From: Candidatus Latescibacterota bacterium | Lineage (GTDB): Bacteria > Latescibacterota > UBA2968 > UBA8231 | Assembly: GCA_965217585.1 (NCBI GenBank) | Contig: OZ244561.1 | Coordinates: forward strand, 5,536,001 to 5,600,000 | Direction: 5' to 3' | DNA length: 64,000 nucleotides | Shown: positions 37,914-46,680 of the stretch, piece by piece | How the letters are laid out: each line of letters begins with the position of its first letter | Position numbering within the stretch: position 1 is the stretch's first letter | Position numbers and translations under genes: made by a program | The notes under the pieces: generated by a model | Database searches by the model: none | Told to the model about the DNA's origin: nothing | The model's input: the letters and a program-made list of their open reading frames with translations, nothing else

Positions 37914-37940
37914 AATTCTTCAGGATTACCCTGAAGAATT
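37914..37940. terminator. Perfect 11-bp inverted repeat between convergent genes (probable terminator)
   Basis: AATTCTTCAGG-N5-CCTGAAGAATT with an A-run on the left. Confidence 0.6.
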
Positions 37941-37988
37941 GAAAAACAGAATTCAGGGATGCTTGGGACAGCGGTTCCACGCAGTCCC

Positions 37989-38996
37989 TCATGGGTCGTC
38001 CTTCCCCACTTCGTCAGCGCGAAATTTCTTCACCGCCTGCCCTACATCACGCAGCATCTCCGGCACTCCACGACCGCTGACGGCCGAGACCAAAAAACGC
38101 GGTGCGCGCAGGTCGGCAAACGGGTCTTCGAACTCCGCGTCCGGCCCCAGCAAGTCAGCCTTAGTCAGCGCGATACCAGCGGGCTTGTGCCGCATCCCGT
38201 CGTCGAAAGCATCCAACTCGCCGCGGAGGGCCTCCAGCTCGCCGCGCGGGTCCGGGCTGGTGCAATCAATGGCAAACAGCAGGATGCGCGTGCGCTCGAT
38301 GTGGCGCAGAAACCGCATACCCAAGCCCTTGCCCGCGTGCGCCCCCTCGATCAGCCCAGGCAAGTCGGCCAACACAAAACTCTCGCCCTCGGCCCACTGC
38401 ACAATCCCCAAGTGCGGCTCCAAAGTCGTAAAGGGATAGTCGGCAATTTTGGGACGGGCCGCGGAAAGCCGCGCCAGCAGCGTGGATTTGCCCGCGTTGG
38501 GAAAGCCCACCAGCCCCACATCCGCCAGTAACTTCAGCTCTAGCCGCACCACCATTTGCTCGCCTTCCCGCCCGGGATCGGCGCGCCGTGGGGCTTGCAC
38601 GCGGGACGTGGCAAAGCGGGCATTGCCCCGGCCCCCGCGCCCGCCCGTCAGCAGCACCAGCTCCTGCCCATCCTCGACCATGTCGCGGATCAGCGCTCCC
38701 TTTTCGTCGCACAAGATGGTGCCCAGCGGCACGCAGATGACCGCGTGCTCGCCGCGCTGGCCCGTCCTGCACTTGCCCTCGCCGTGGGCACCGCGGCCGG
38801 CGCGGATGTGGCGTTGGTAGCGGAAGTCGTGCAGCGTATTAAGCTGGGCATCAACGCGGAAGATCACGTCGCCCCCGTCGCCCCCGTCGCCCCCATCCGG
38901 CCCGCCCCGTGGCACGTACTTCTCGCGCCGAAACGAACAGCAGCCACTGCCGCCATGGCCCGACTCCACCGTGATGGTCATTTCGTCGATGAACAT
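37989..38996 (-). CDS. obgE: GTPase ObgE/CgtA
   Basis: SFRREKYVPRGGPDGGDGG, DVGLVGFPNAGKS, YPFTT, DLPG. Confidence 0.97.
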   Translation of the reverse strand: MFIDEMTITVESGHGGSGCCSFRREKYVPRGGPDGGDGGDGGDVIFRVDAQLNTLHDFRYQRHIRAGRGAHGEGKCRTGQRGEHAVICVPLGTILCDEKGALIRDMVEDGQELVLLTGGRGGRGNARFATSRVQAPRRADPGREGEQMVVRLELKLLADVGLVGFPNAGKSTLLARLSAARPKIADYPFTTLEPHLGIVQWAEGESFVLADLPGLIEGAHAGKGLGMRFLRHIERTRILLFAIDCTSPDPRGELEALRGELDAFDDGMRHKPAGIALTKADLLGPDAEFEDPFADLRAPRFLVSAVSGRGVPEMLRDVGQAVKKFRADEVGKDDP

Positions 38997-39008
38997 GGGG
39001 GGGTCCGA

Positions 39009-40391
39009 CTAATATTCTTCCGGCTCCGCTCGCCATCCGGGTGCCATCGCCTCATACGTGGCACTTTCCTTGTTCCACATCAAATCCACTTTGCCGATGG
39101 GGCCGTTGCGCTGCTTGCCGATAATGATCTCGGCAAGGCCTTCGAGGCTCTCGCCGTCTGGGGACTTGAGCCCGTACATTTCCGGGCGATAGATGAACAT
39201 CACCACATCGGCGTCCTGTTCCAAGCTGCCCGACTCCCGCAAGTCCGATAGCTGCGGCCGCCGGTCCGTGCGGCTTTCTACGGCGCGCGACAACTGCGAC
39301 AAGGCCAAGACCGGCACGTCCAACTCTTTGGCCATGGCCTTGAGGCCGCGCGAGATATGCGAAATCTCCTGCTCGCGGCTCTGGGTCCTCATGTGCCCGC
39401 TCATGAGTTGGAGATAGTCAATCACGACCATGCCGATCCCATGCTCGCGCTGCAGGCGCCGCGCCTTGGCTCGCGCTTCGAGCACCGAGATGCTGGGCGT
39501 GTCGTCGATGTAGATAGGCGCTCGGGCCAAGCGGTCGATATTGTGCGTTAGGTGCATCCAGTCTTCGTCGCGCAGCCGCCCGGTGCGGAGCTTGTGCAAA
39601 TCGACCTTGGTCTCCACGCTGAGCAGGCGCTGAGCTAGTTGCATCTTAGACATTTCCAAGCTGAAAATCGCCATCCCGATCCCGGCGTCCACGGCCGCAT
39701 TGCGCGCCAGCGTCAGCGCTAGGGCTGTCTTGCCGACGCTGGGCCGCGCCGCGAGAATGATCAGATCGCCCTTCTGAAAGCCCGACATCTGGTCGTTGAG
39801 ATCGGCAAAACCCGTATCCACCCCCAAGACCGCTCCCGCCTGCGCTTGGATGCGCTCAAGGTGCTCAAACGTTTCGCCCATCACCTTCTCTAGCGGCTCA
39901 AAGCCCTCGCCGATTTGGTTTTCGCTCAGGCTGAAAAGCTGCTGCTCGGCACTGTCGATCAGGGTCTGGACGTCCTCATCGGCCGCGTACGCCCGCTCAA
40001 TGACTCTGCTGGCGGTCTCGATCAACTTGCGGCTCAGCGCCTTCTCCAAAACGATCTGCGAGTGAAAGTAGATATTGGCCGTCGTGGCCACTTCAGACCC
40101 CAGCTTGGCCAAATAGACGACCCCGCCGACGTCATCGAGTTGACCGCGGCGCTTGAGCTCCTCGGTCAAGGTTAGCTGATCGACCGGCGTGCCCTGCTCA
40201 AAAAGGTTGATCATGGCCGCGAATATCCGGCTGTGGGGGGCGTGGTAGAAACAGCTTTCGTCGAGGATTTCAACGGCGCGGACAATGGCCCGCTGCTCTA
40301 GCATCATCGCCCCGAGCACGGCCTGCTCGACCTCTACGGCCTGCGGCGGCATCCGCCCGATATCCTGCGCCTCCATTGGACTCTGGGTCAT
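39009..40391 (-). CDS. dnaB: Replicative DNA helicase
   Basis: PPQAVEVEQAVLG, AARPSVGKT, IDYLQL, DLRESGSLEQDAD, KQRNGP. Start MTQSP at 40391. Confidence 0.97.
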   Translation of the reverse strand: MTQSPMEAQDIGRMPPQAVEVEQAVLGAMMLEQRAIVRAVEILDESCFYHAPHSRIFAAMINLFEQGTPVDQLTLTEELKRRGQLDDVGGVVYLAKLGSEVATTANIYFHSQIVLEKALSRKLIETASRVIERAYAADEDVQTLIDSAEQQLFSLSENQIGEGFEPLEKVMGETFEHLERIQAQAGAVLGVDTGFADLNDQMSGFQKGDLIILAARPSVGKTALALTLARNAAVDAGIGMAIFSLEMSKMQLAQRLLSVETKVDLHKLRTGRLRDEDWMHLTHNIDRLARAPIYIDDTPSISVLEARAKARRLQREHGIGMVVIDYLQLMSGHMRTQSREQEISHISRGLKAMAKELDVPVLALSQLSRAVESRTDRRPQLSDLRESGSLEQDADVVMFIYRPEMYGLKSPDGESLEGLAEIIIGKQRNGPIGKVDLMWNKESATYEAMAPGWRAEPEEY

Positions 40392-40407
40392 GGTTAGCTC
40401 CAAAAAC

Positions 40408-41115
40408 TTAGAGTTCGACCCCGTCGTAGAGCTTCCGCACCCGCTTGATGTCCTCCCAAGTCGGGCGCTTCCACTGGGGGTTGCGCAACAGGGCCGCCGG
40501 GTGGTACGTGGCCACCAAGGGGATGCCCTCGTAGTGGTGAGATTGATCGCGCAAGCGGCCCATGGGATCGCGGCTGCGGAGCAGGGTCTGCGCGGCAAAG
40601 CGGCCCAAGGTGCAGATGACGCGGGGCTGGACGATTTCGATCTGGCGCTTGAGATACGGCTCGCACTGCTCGATCTCGTCGGGCTGGGGGTCGCGGTTAT
40701 TCGGCGGACGGCACTTGAGTATATTGCATATATAGACCTCGTCGCGGGATAGGCCCATGGCCTCGATAATCTTGGTCAGCAGTTGACCGGCTTTCCCCAC
40801 AAAGGGCTGACCCACGCGGTCTTCCTCAGCACCCGGAGCCTCACCGATGAACATAATGCCGGCCGCTGGATCGCCGCTGCCAAACACGAACTGCTGCCGC
40901 GTCGCGCCCAGCCGACAGCGGGTGCAATCGCAGATCTGGCGGCGAAAGGCTTCCAAGTCTCCGACCGCTGGTTGCTCCACTGTTTCCTCCAATGGTTGCT
41001 CCGAACCGGTCGCGGCAACCGACTCCGGTACCGCGAACTGGGTCCCCTCAAAGGCCACTAAATCGGATAGGTAGCGCCGGGCCTCGGACAGCGCGTTCTC
41101 ACTCCGCTCTTCCAT
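40408..41115 (-). CDS. Family 4 uracil-DNA glycosylase
   Basis: CTRC, GEAPG, KCRPPNNR, TYHPA. Confidence 0.95.
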   Translation of the reverse strand: MEERSENALSEARRYLSDLVAFEGTQFAVPESVAATGSEQPLEETVEQPAVGDLEAFRRQICDCTRCRLGATRQQFVFGSGDPAAGIMFIGEAPGAEEDRVGQPFVGKAGQLLTKIIEAMGLSRDEVYICNILKCRPPNNRDPQPDEIEQCEPYLKRQIEIVQPRVICTLGRFAAQTLLRSRDPMGRLRDQSHHYEGIPLVATYHPAALLRNPQWKRPTWEDIKRVRKLYDGVEL

Positions 41116-41139
41116 GGGGACATCCTCGCTAAGTACAGG

Positions 41140-42339
41140 TTAAACGACCGCTTCCCACCGCGTCCGCACCCAGTCGAGGATGCGGTCGGCGACCGCGGAT
41201 TTGCTCAGCAGAGGCAGGGCTTCCTCTTCGCCGGCGACGTCGATCAGGGTAACGCGATTGGTGTCGCCGGCAAAACCAGCCCCCTCGTCGTTGAGCATAT
41301 TGAGCACGATTAAGTCGCCCCCTTTGCGCACCAGCTTCTCCCACGCCCGCTCCAGCCCCTTTTCCGTCTCCATCGCAAAGACGACCAGCAGCCGCCGGCC
41401 CTTGCACCGACCCAGCCCAGCGGCAATATCCGGGTTTTCGACCAACTCGACAGAGCGGGACGCCGCGCCGCGCTTGATTTTTTGCGCGGCCACCTCCTTG
41501 GCGCGGTAGTCGGCCGGGGCCGCCGCCAAAATCGCCCCATCTACTTGCTCGAACAAGGCTTCGACCGCGCGCTGCATGTCGAGCGTCGAGCGCATCAACT
41601 GTCGCTCCACGCCAGCGGGCGCGGGCAGGGCGGTCGGCCCGGAAACCAGCCACACGCGCGCCCCGCGCGCAGCGGCGCGCTCGGCTATCGCGTAGCCCAT
41701 CTTGCCCGACGAGCGATTGGAGATAAAGCGCACCGGATCGAGGTCCTCAACCGTGGGACCGGCCGTTACCAGCAGCTTCAGCCCATCCAAGTCGCCGCTG
41801 AAATGCGCCGCCACCGCCGCGACCAACTCCGCTGGCTCGGGCATCCGCCCGCGGCCAACCGCACCCGACGCCAAAGGCCCCACCCCCGGGTCGAGCAGGT
41901 GGAACCCCCGCTGCGCTAAGGTCTGCACATTGGCCTCGACCGCGGGATTGGCGAACATGTTTTCCTCCATCGACGGTGCCAGCAGGACGGGCACATCCGC
42001 GCTCAACAACACCGAGGTGAGCAGGTCGTCGGCCAAGCCACCGGCTACGCGCCCCAAGCAGTGCGCCGTAGTCGGGGCCACCAAAATCAAGTCGGCCCAC
42101 TCGGCTAACCCCACGTGCAGGACGGGAAATTCCGCGTCGCGGCTGAACAAGTCGGTGTACACCGAATGGCGGGAAAGCACCTCCAAAGTCTTGGGCGCGA
42201 CGAACTCGCCAGCCGCGCGGGTCAACACCACCCGCACCTCGGCCCCGCCAGCCGTCAGCAACCGCACGATCTCCGGCGTCTTGTACGCGGCAATGCCGCC
42301 GGTGATCCCGAGCAGGATGTTGCGGCCCTGCAAGCTCAT
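41140..42339 (-). CDS. coaBC: Phosphopantothenoylcysteine decarboxylase/ligase
   Basis: LGITGGIAAYK, GRGRMPEP, TAGPTVEDLDPVRFISNRSSGKMG. Confidence 0.96.
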   Translation of the reverse strand: MSLQGRNILLGITGGIAAYKTPEIVRLLTAGGAEVRVVLTRAAGEFVAPKTLEVLSRHSVYTDLFSRDAEFPVLHVGLAEWADLILVAPTTAHCLGRVAGGLADDLLTSVLLSADVPVLLAPSMEENMFANPAVEANVQTLAQRGFHLLDPGVGPLASGAVGRGRMPEPAELVAAVAAHFSGDLDGLKLLVTAGPTVEDLDPVRFISNRSSGKMGYAIAERAAARGARVWLVSGPTALPAPAGVERQLMRSTLDMQRAVEALFEQVDGAILAAAPADYRAKEVAAQKIKRGAASRSVELVENPDIAAGLGRCKGRRLLVVFAMETEKGLERAWEKLVRKGGDLIVLNMLNDEGAGFAGDTNRVTLIDVAGEEEALPLLSKSAVADRILDWVRTRWEAVV

Positions 42340-42878
42340 GGCCGACCGAGATGCGCCAAGATGTGCGCGCAGGCAGCTTGAGCGTCGCGGCGCTCGGTAT
42401 CGACGACCAAGTCGTACACCGACAAGTCGCTGATGGAGATTTGGTGATGCGCTGCGTAGCGCTGGGCCTCGGACGCCTCGCGCTGGTGCGTTTCCGCAAG
42501 GGCTTGCGCCAGCGGTTTGCCCTCCCGCTGCCCCACGCGCTCGGCCCGCACGGCGAGCACCGCTTGGAGCCAGACTTTGAGGGCCGGGAGCTGGTGCCGC
42601 TGGGCCATCCACCCGGTGAGCCGCCCTTCGACGACGACCGGCGCACACGCCTGTGCTTGCGCGACCAAGCGCGCGTCGAGCTGGCGGTCGATGTGGCCAT
42701 CGGCTTCGGCCCGCTGGCCAAACTCGGCTAGGCTCAAGCCCGCCTCTTGGGCCAGCTTCCGAAAGACGGCCCCGGCGTTGACATAAGCCCAGCCCAGCCG
42801 CGCACATAGCCGGTCGCACACCGTCGTGGTGCCGCTGCCAGCCAAGCCGCTGATGGTGATGATTTGCACAGGTGACAT
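42336..42878 (-). CDS. cmk: Archaeal-type cytidylate kinase
   Basis: IITISGLAGSGTTTV, AGAVFR, IDRQLD, EGRLTG, YDLVVDTE; about 180 aa. Confidence 0.8.
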   Translation of the reverse strand: MSPVQIITISGLAGSGTTTVCDRLCARLGWAYVNAGAVFRKLAQEAGLSLAEFGQRAEADGHIDRQLDARLVAQAQACAPVVVEGRLTGWMAQRHQLPALKVWLQAVLAVRAERVGQREGKPLAQALAETHQREASEAQRYAAHHQISISDLSVYDLVVDTERRDAQAACAHILAHLGRP

Positions 42879-42886
42879 GGATGCCT

Positions 42887-43855
42887 TCACGCCAAGTTTT
42901 GCACCTGCTCGCGCAGCCGCTCGACTTCCTCTTTGATCTCGACGACCCAATGGGCGATCTCGGCGTCGGCGGCCTTGGCGCTGATGGTGTTGGCTTCGCG
43001 GTTCATTTCCTGCAAGAGAAAGTTCAAGCGCTTCCCCACTTCGCCACCCCCCGTCAAGGTGTCGAAGAACTGGGCATTGTGGCTGCGGAAACGGACGATC
43101 TCCTCGACGATGTCGCTGCGCTCGGCGAGCAGGGCGATCTCCGTGGCGACGCGGTCTTCGGCAACCGCTCCGGGCGCAAGCAGGGCGGCGACCTTTTCCC
43201 GCAGCCGCTCGGCCACCTGCCCACGGGTCGCCTGCGCTCGCTCGGCCACGCGCTCCAGATGCGTCCCCACCACTTCGACGCGGCCGCGCAAGTCCGCGGT
43301 GAGGGCCTGTCCTTCGGCCACGCGCATGGCCACCAACTCGGCCAGCGCTTCGTCCAACCCCGCCCACAGTACCTCTTGTACGACCGCGCTATCCAGCTCT
43401 GTGGCTTGGACGCGAAAGAGCTTGGGCAGCTTCGCCAGCAGCACCCGCTCGATCCCCATGTCGAGCTGCTCTAGCCTCTTAACCCGAGCAAAAAACGCCT
43501 TCCGTCGTGGCAACGCTGCCCGGCTCTCCGCGGCTTCGATCTGGGCCAATTCAGCTAGCCGCCGCAGTTGGGCCAGATAGTGCTTGGCGGCTTCCTCGTC
43601 TAGCTGGGGCAGGGTCTCCGGCTGGCCCTCCTCGGCCCAAGCGATATGCGCGCTTATTTTGCCGCGGCCGACCTGCGCCTGAATCCGCTCGCGGATGGCC
43701 TGCTCAAAGGACTGGAGGTCGGCCGGGCAACGCACCTGTACATCGAAGTAGCGGCTATTGACCGATCTCAGTTCAACTGCGAGCCGCAAACCCTCCCGCT
43801 CGGCCGCGGAGTGGCCAAAGCCGGTCATGCTGTTAATGGGGACTCGCTCGTCCAT
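42887..43855 (-). CDS. yicC: YicC/YloC-family endoribonuclease
   Basis: SMTGFG, RSVNSRYFD, DIVEEIVRF, GKRLNFLLQEMNREANT, REQVQN. Confidence 0.93.
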   Translation of the reverse strand: MDERVPINSMTGFGHSAAEREGLRLAVELRSVNSRYFDVQVRCPADLQSFEQAIRERIQAQVGRGKISAHIAWAEEGQPETLPQLDEEAAKHYLAQLRRLAELAQIEAAESRAALPRRKAFFARVKRLEQLDMGIERVLLAKLPKLFRVQATELDSAVVQEVLWAGLDEALAELVAMRVAEGQALTADLRGRVEVVGTHLERVAERAQATRGQVAERLREKVAALLAPGAVAEDRVATEIALLAERSDIVEEIVRFRSHNAQFFDTLTGGGEVGKRLNFLLQEMNREANTISAKAADAEIAHWVVEIKEEVERLREQVQNLA

Positions 43856-43934
43856 AATCGTTTCTCGTGGATTGAAGTTACAACTTAGGAAGGTCGCTAA
43901 GGAGCAAATCCCATGCAAGAGAGGGCTGGCAGCC

Positions 43935-45176
43935 TCAGCGGCCCGGATCCACGGCAATGCGGACGATGGACGAAAAGCCGCCGAGCTGCGCCAGGATTTG
44001 GCCTTCGGCCGTGAATTTCAACAGCGCGTCGCCGGTCGCAATCCAAGCCCGCTGCTGCACCGCGTCGAAGGACAGGGCGCTGCCCCTAGGCACGTCGGTC
44101 CAATGCTGCTCCAAGGCCCCGTCGGCCGAGAACACTGCCAGATCCCGTTCCCCCAGCACCCAGCAGTCGCCGCTCGCACCATCTACGGCCAAACCCACGG
44201 CCGTGGCAAAAGGCAGGTCCACGCCGAGGACTGTGCCCCTGCGGTTCAACCGCGTCAAGCTGTGGCCCGCATCGCCCAACAGCCACGCGGTCCTCTCTGC
44301 ACCCGCCACCAGTGCCTCGGGGGTGGCGAGCGAGCGGAATTCAGCGGCGCGGGTGCCGTCGGTTCGGTAGAACAGCACGCGGCCTTGGGCTTGGTCGGCG
44401 ATCCAGCAGCCCCCAGCCTGTGCGGCCAAGGCCACGGGTTGGGCAAAGGTAGCATCGACCGGGATGAGGGCGAGCGAATCGACCGCGGCCAAGGAAAACC
44501 AAAAGACCCGCTGCCGCCCCGCGTCGACCAGCCAGCCAATTCGCGCCCCAGCGTCAATGGCCAAGTCCCCGGGCGTCTCAACGTCCGCGGCCAGTGCCGC
44601 TAACGCGCCGTCTCCCGCAATCCGGTACAGCCCGGCAAACCCCCGGTCGCTGACCCAACACGAACCATCCGCCAAGTCGAGCGCGATCGTCGCTAAGTCG
44701 AAAAAGCGCCCCTGCGCGAAATGCGCGCTGCGCGCATCCGCGCTGATTTTCCACACCAGCCCGGAGTGGCGGTCGGCCACCCAAGCGATTTCCGGGCCGG
44801 GCGTAGCGGGCACGGGACGGCCGCTGGGGCGCTCGTCTTCCCCGGTGACGAGCAAGCTGAGCTGGTACTCGTAGTTTACCCCGTTTTGCACCTCGGTATC
44901 CGCGTACGCGGTCGCGTTCGGCCCCAGCACCGGGGTGATCGGCTCCCACTCGCCCTCGGGCTGACGGCGGTAGAGTCGATAGCCTTCGATGTCGAAAAAA
45001 TGGGCAAAGTCCCACCGCAACTCGACTTGGCCGTCGAGTGCCAAGGCCGTCAAAGCGCTGAACGACTCGCTCTGCGGGTCCTTGGCTTGCGGGTCGAGGG
45101 GATTGCGGCGCGGGCGATCGCTGCAAGCCAAGACCAGCGCGCCGATGCAGCACCCTATCCAGAGATAGCTTCTCAA
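43935..45176 (-). CDS. Lipoprotein with FN3-like domain and beta-propeller repeats
   Basis: Lipobox LACS, RNPLDP, VELRW..GYRLYR..YADT..YEY, repeated CWV.D units. Confidence 0.7.
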   Translation of the reverse strand: MRSYLWIGCCIGALVLACSDRPRRNPLDPQAKDPQSESFSALTALALDGQVELRWDFAHFFDIEGYRLYRRQPEGEWEPITPVLGPNATAYADTEVQNGVNYEYQLSLLVTGEDERPSGRPVPATPGPEIAWVADRHSGLVWKISADARSAHFAQGRFFDLATIALDLADGSCWVSDRGFAGLYRIAGDGALAALAADVETPGDLAIDAGARIGWLVDAGRQRVFWFSLAAVDSLALIPVDATFAQPVALAAQAGGCWIADQAQGRVLFYRTDGTRAAEFRSLATPEALVAGAERTAWLLGDAGHSLTRLNRRGTVLGVDLPFATAVGLAVDGASGDCWVLGERDLAVFSADGALEQHWTDVPRGSALSFDAVQQRAWIATGDALLKFTAEGQILAQLGGFSSIVRIAVDPGR

Positions 45177-45604
45177 GACCTAGACCCAAAAAAGAGCAGG
45201 TACGAGCTGAGCACCAAGCCGACTTCCATGCCGACAAACGCCCCGCCGGTCACGCGGTCAAAGCGCTTGGCCGCGGCCAATTCTCGCTGCTGGCGCTTGG
45301 TGCTGGCCGAGCGCAAATAGCGGTCGTACGCGGCGTCGGCCCGCTCCTTGCTCCAGTAGGCCACCGCACCGGCCCCCACGGCCAAGGCCGCGCTCAAGTA
45401 GAGCTTCTTGCGCGAGCGTTTCTCCTTACTCGGGGCCTCAGTGGCCGTCGGCGTTGTGCGCGCTAGGTGCGCTGGCCGCTCCGCCCATTGCACTGCTAGG
45501 GCCACTTCCAACTGGATCAGCCGCCGAGGCAACTCCAACGGCTCGGCCCACGTCGGCGTGCCACTCGCGGCCAGCAGCAAGCACCAAGCAATCGTCTTGT
45601 CCAT
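45173..45604 (-). CDS. Hypothetical membrane protein
   Basis: Signal peptide plus two hydrophobic segments, ADAAYDRY; overlaps the next gene. Confidence 0.65.
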   Translation of the reverse strand: MDKTIAWCLLLAASGTPTWAEPLELPRRLIQLEVALAVQWAERPAHLARTTPTATEAPSKEKRSRKKLYLSAALAVGAGAVAYWSKERADAAYDRYLRSASTKRQQRELAAAKRFDRVTGGAFVGMEVGLVLSSYLLFFGSRS

Positions 45605-45618
45605 GCCGTTTTCCTCGC

Positions 45619-46680
45619 TCAGCGGCGTCCAAACACGTAGAGAATCCGCTTCTCAGTGGCGACGGCGACGACCTCCGTGCCCAAAGACACCGGAGCCAAG
45701 ACAGGGCCTTCCAACCGGTATTTCCACAACAGGTGCCCGCCTTGGAGATCCAAGGCGTAGAGATGGCCGTCGCTGGAGGCACCATACGCGGTGTGATCCG
45801 TGGCGACCGGGCTGCTCCGCACCACGCCTTCGGTGGCAAACGTCCACCGCACTGCTCCAGTGGCCGCGTCTAGCCCATAGAAGTGGCGGTCAGCGCAGCC
45901 AGCCACCAACACGCCAGCGGCCAGCGCCAGCTCCGCGGTCGGCAGCGTGCCCAAGGCTCGCTCCCACACCACCCGGCCGGAGTCGCGGCGCGCGGCTAGT
46001 ACCCGACCAGACGCCGTCGCCGCAAACACTCGCTCGCCAGCGAGTATGGGCCGCGAGCGCACAGCTTCCCCCAAGCTTGTACGCCAGCGCTCGCGGCCGC
46101 TTTCCGCGCTCAGGGCCACCAAGTCTCCGGCCGCGGTACCGGCAACCGCGAGGTCGCCGCTCAGCGCCAGCCCGGTCCGCGACAGCCCGCCCAATTCGGC
46201 GCGCCACAGCAAATGCCCGTCGGCCAGATGCAGCGCCTGTATCACGCCTTCATCATCAATCGCGATCAGGGTATCGCCGCGCACGACCGGCACCTGACAA
46301 AACGCCCCTTCATGCCGCCAACGCTCAGTCGCAGTCCGCCGGTCCAAGACCCGTAAGCTAGGCTTGCGGCCCAGCACCCCCAGCGCGTACAGCGCCCCGG
46401 CTAATTGCCCAGGGGCACACGCCATCTTGTCGTATCCATGCTTGCCCAACTGGGCACCGTTGCGCCGGTCCAACGCATAGAGGGTCGGCTCAGTGGTCAG
46501 TTGTAGGATCAGGTCACCGGCAAAGAGTGCGCTCCCCAGTGGCGAGCCGTCCATTTTGTGCGTCCACAAAAGTTGCAGCGGTGGCTCAACCCCCACCGCG
46601 CCATGCCTCGGCTCGCCGAAGTAGAGCACCTTTTCGCCACATGCCGCCAAAAGGCAGAATCCGAGCAGGGCGTAACGCAT
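45619..46680 (-). CDS. PQQ-like beta-propeller lipoprotein (BamB-like)
   Basis: Lipobox LAAC; repeated ALD..G..W tryptophan-docking motifs. Confidence 0.85.
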   Translation of the reverse strand: MRYALLGFCLLAACGEKVLYFGEPRHGAVGVEPPLQLLWTHKMDGSPLGSALFAGDLILQLTTEPTLYALDRRNGAQLGKHGYDKMACAPGQLAGALYALGVLGRKPSLRVLDRRTATERWRHEGAFCQVPVVRGDTLIAIDDEGVIQALHLADGHLLWRAELGGLSRTGLALSGDLAVAGTAAGDLVALSAESGRERWRTSLGEAVRSRPILAGERVFAATASGRVLAARRDSGRVVWERALGTLPTAELALAAGVLVAGCADRHFYGLDAATGAVRWTFATEGVVRSSPVATDHTAYGASSDGHLYALDLQGGHLLWKYRLEGPVLAPVSLGTEVVAVATEKRILYVFGRR

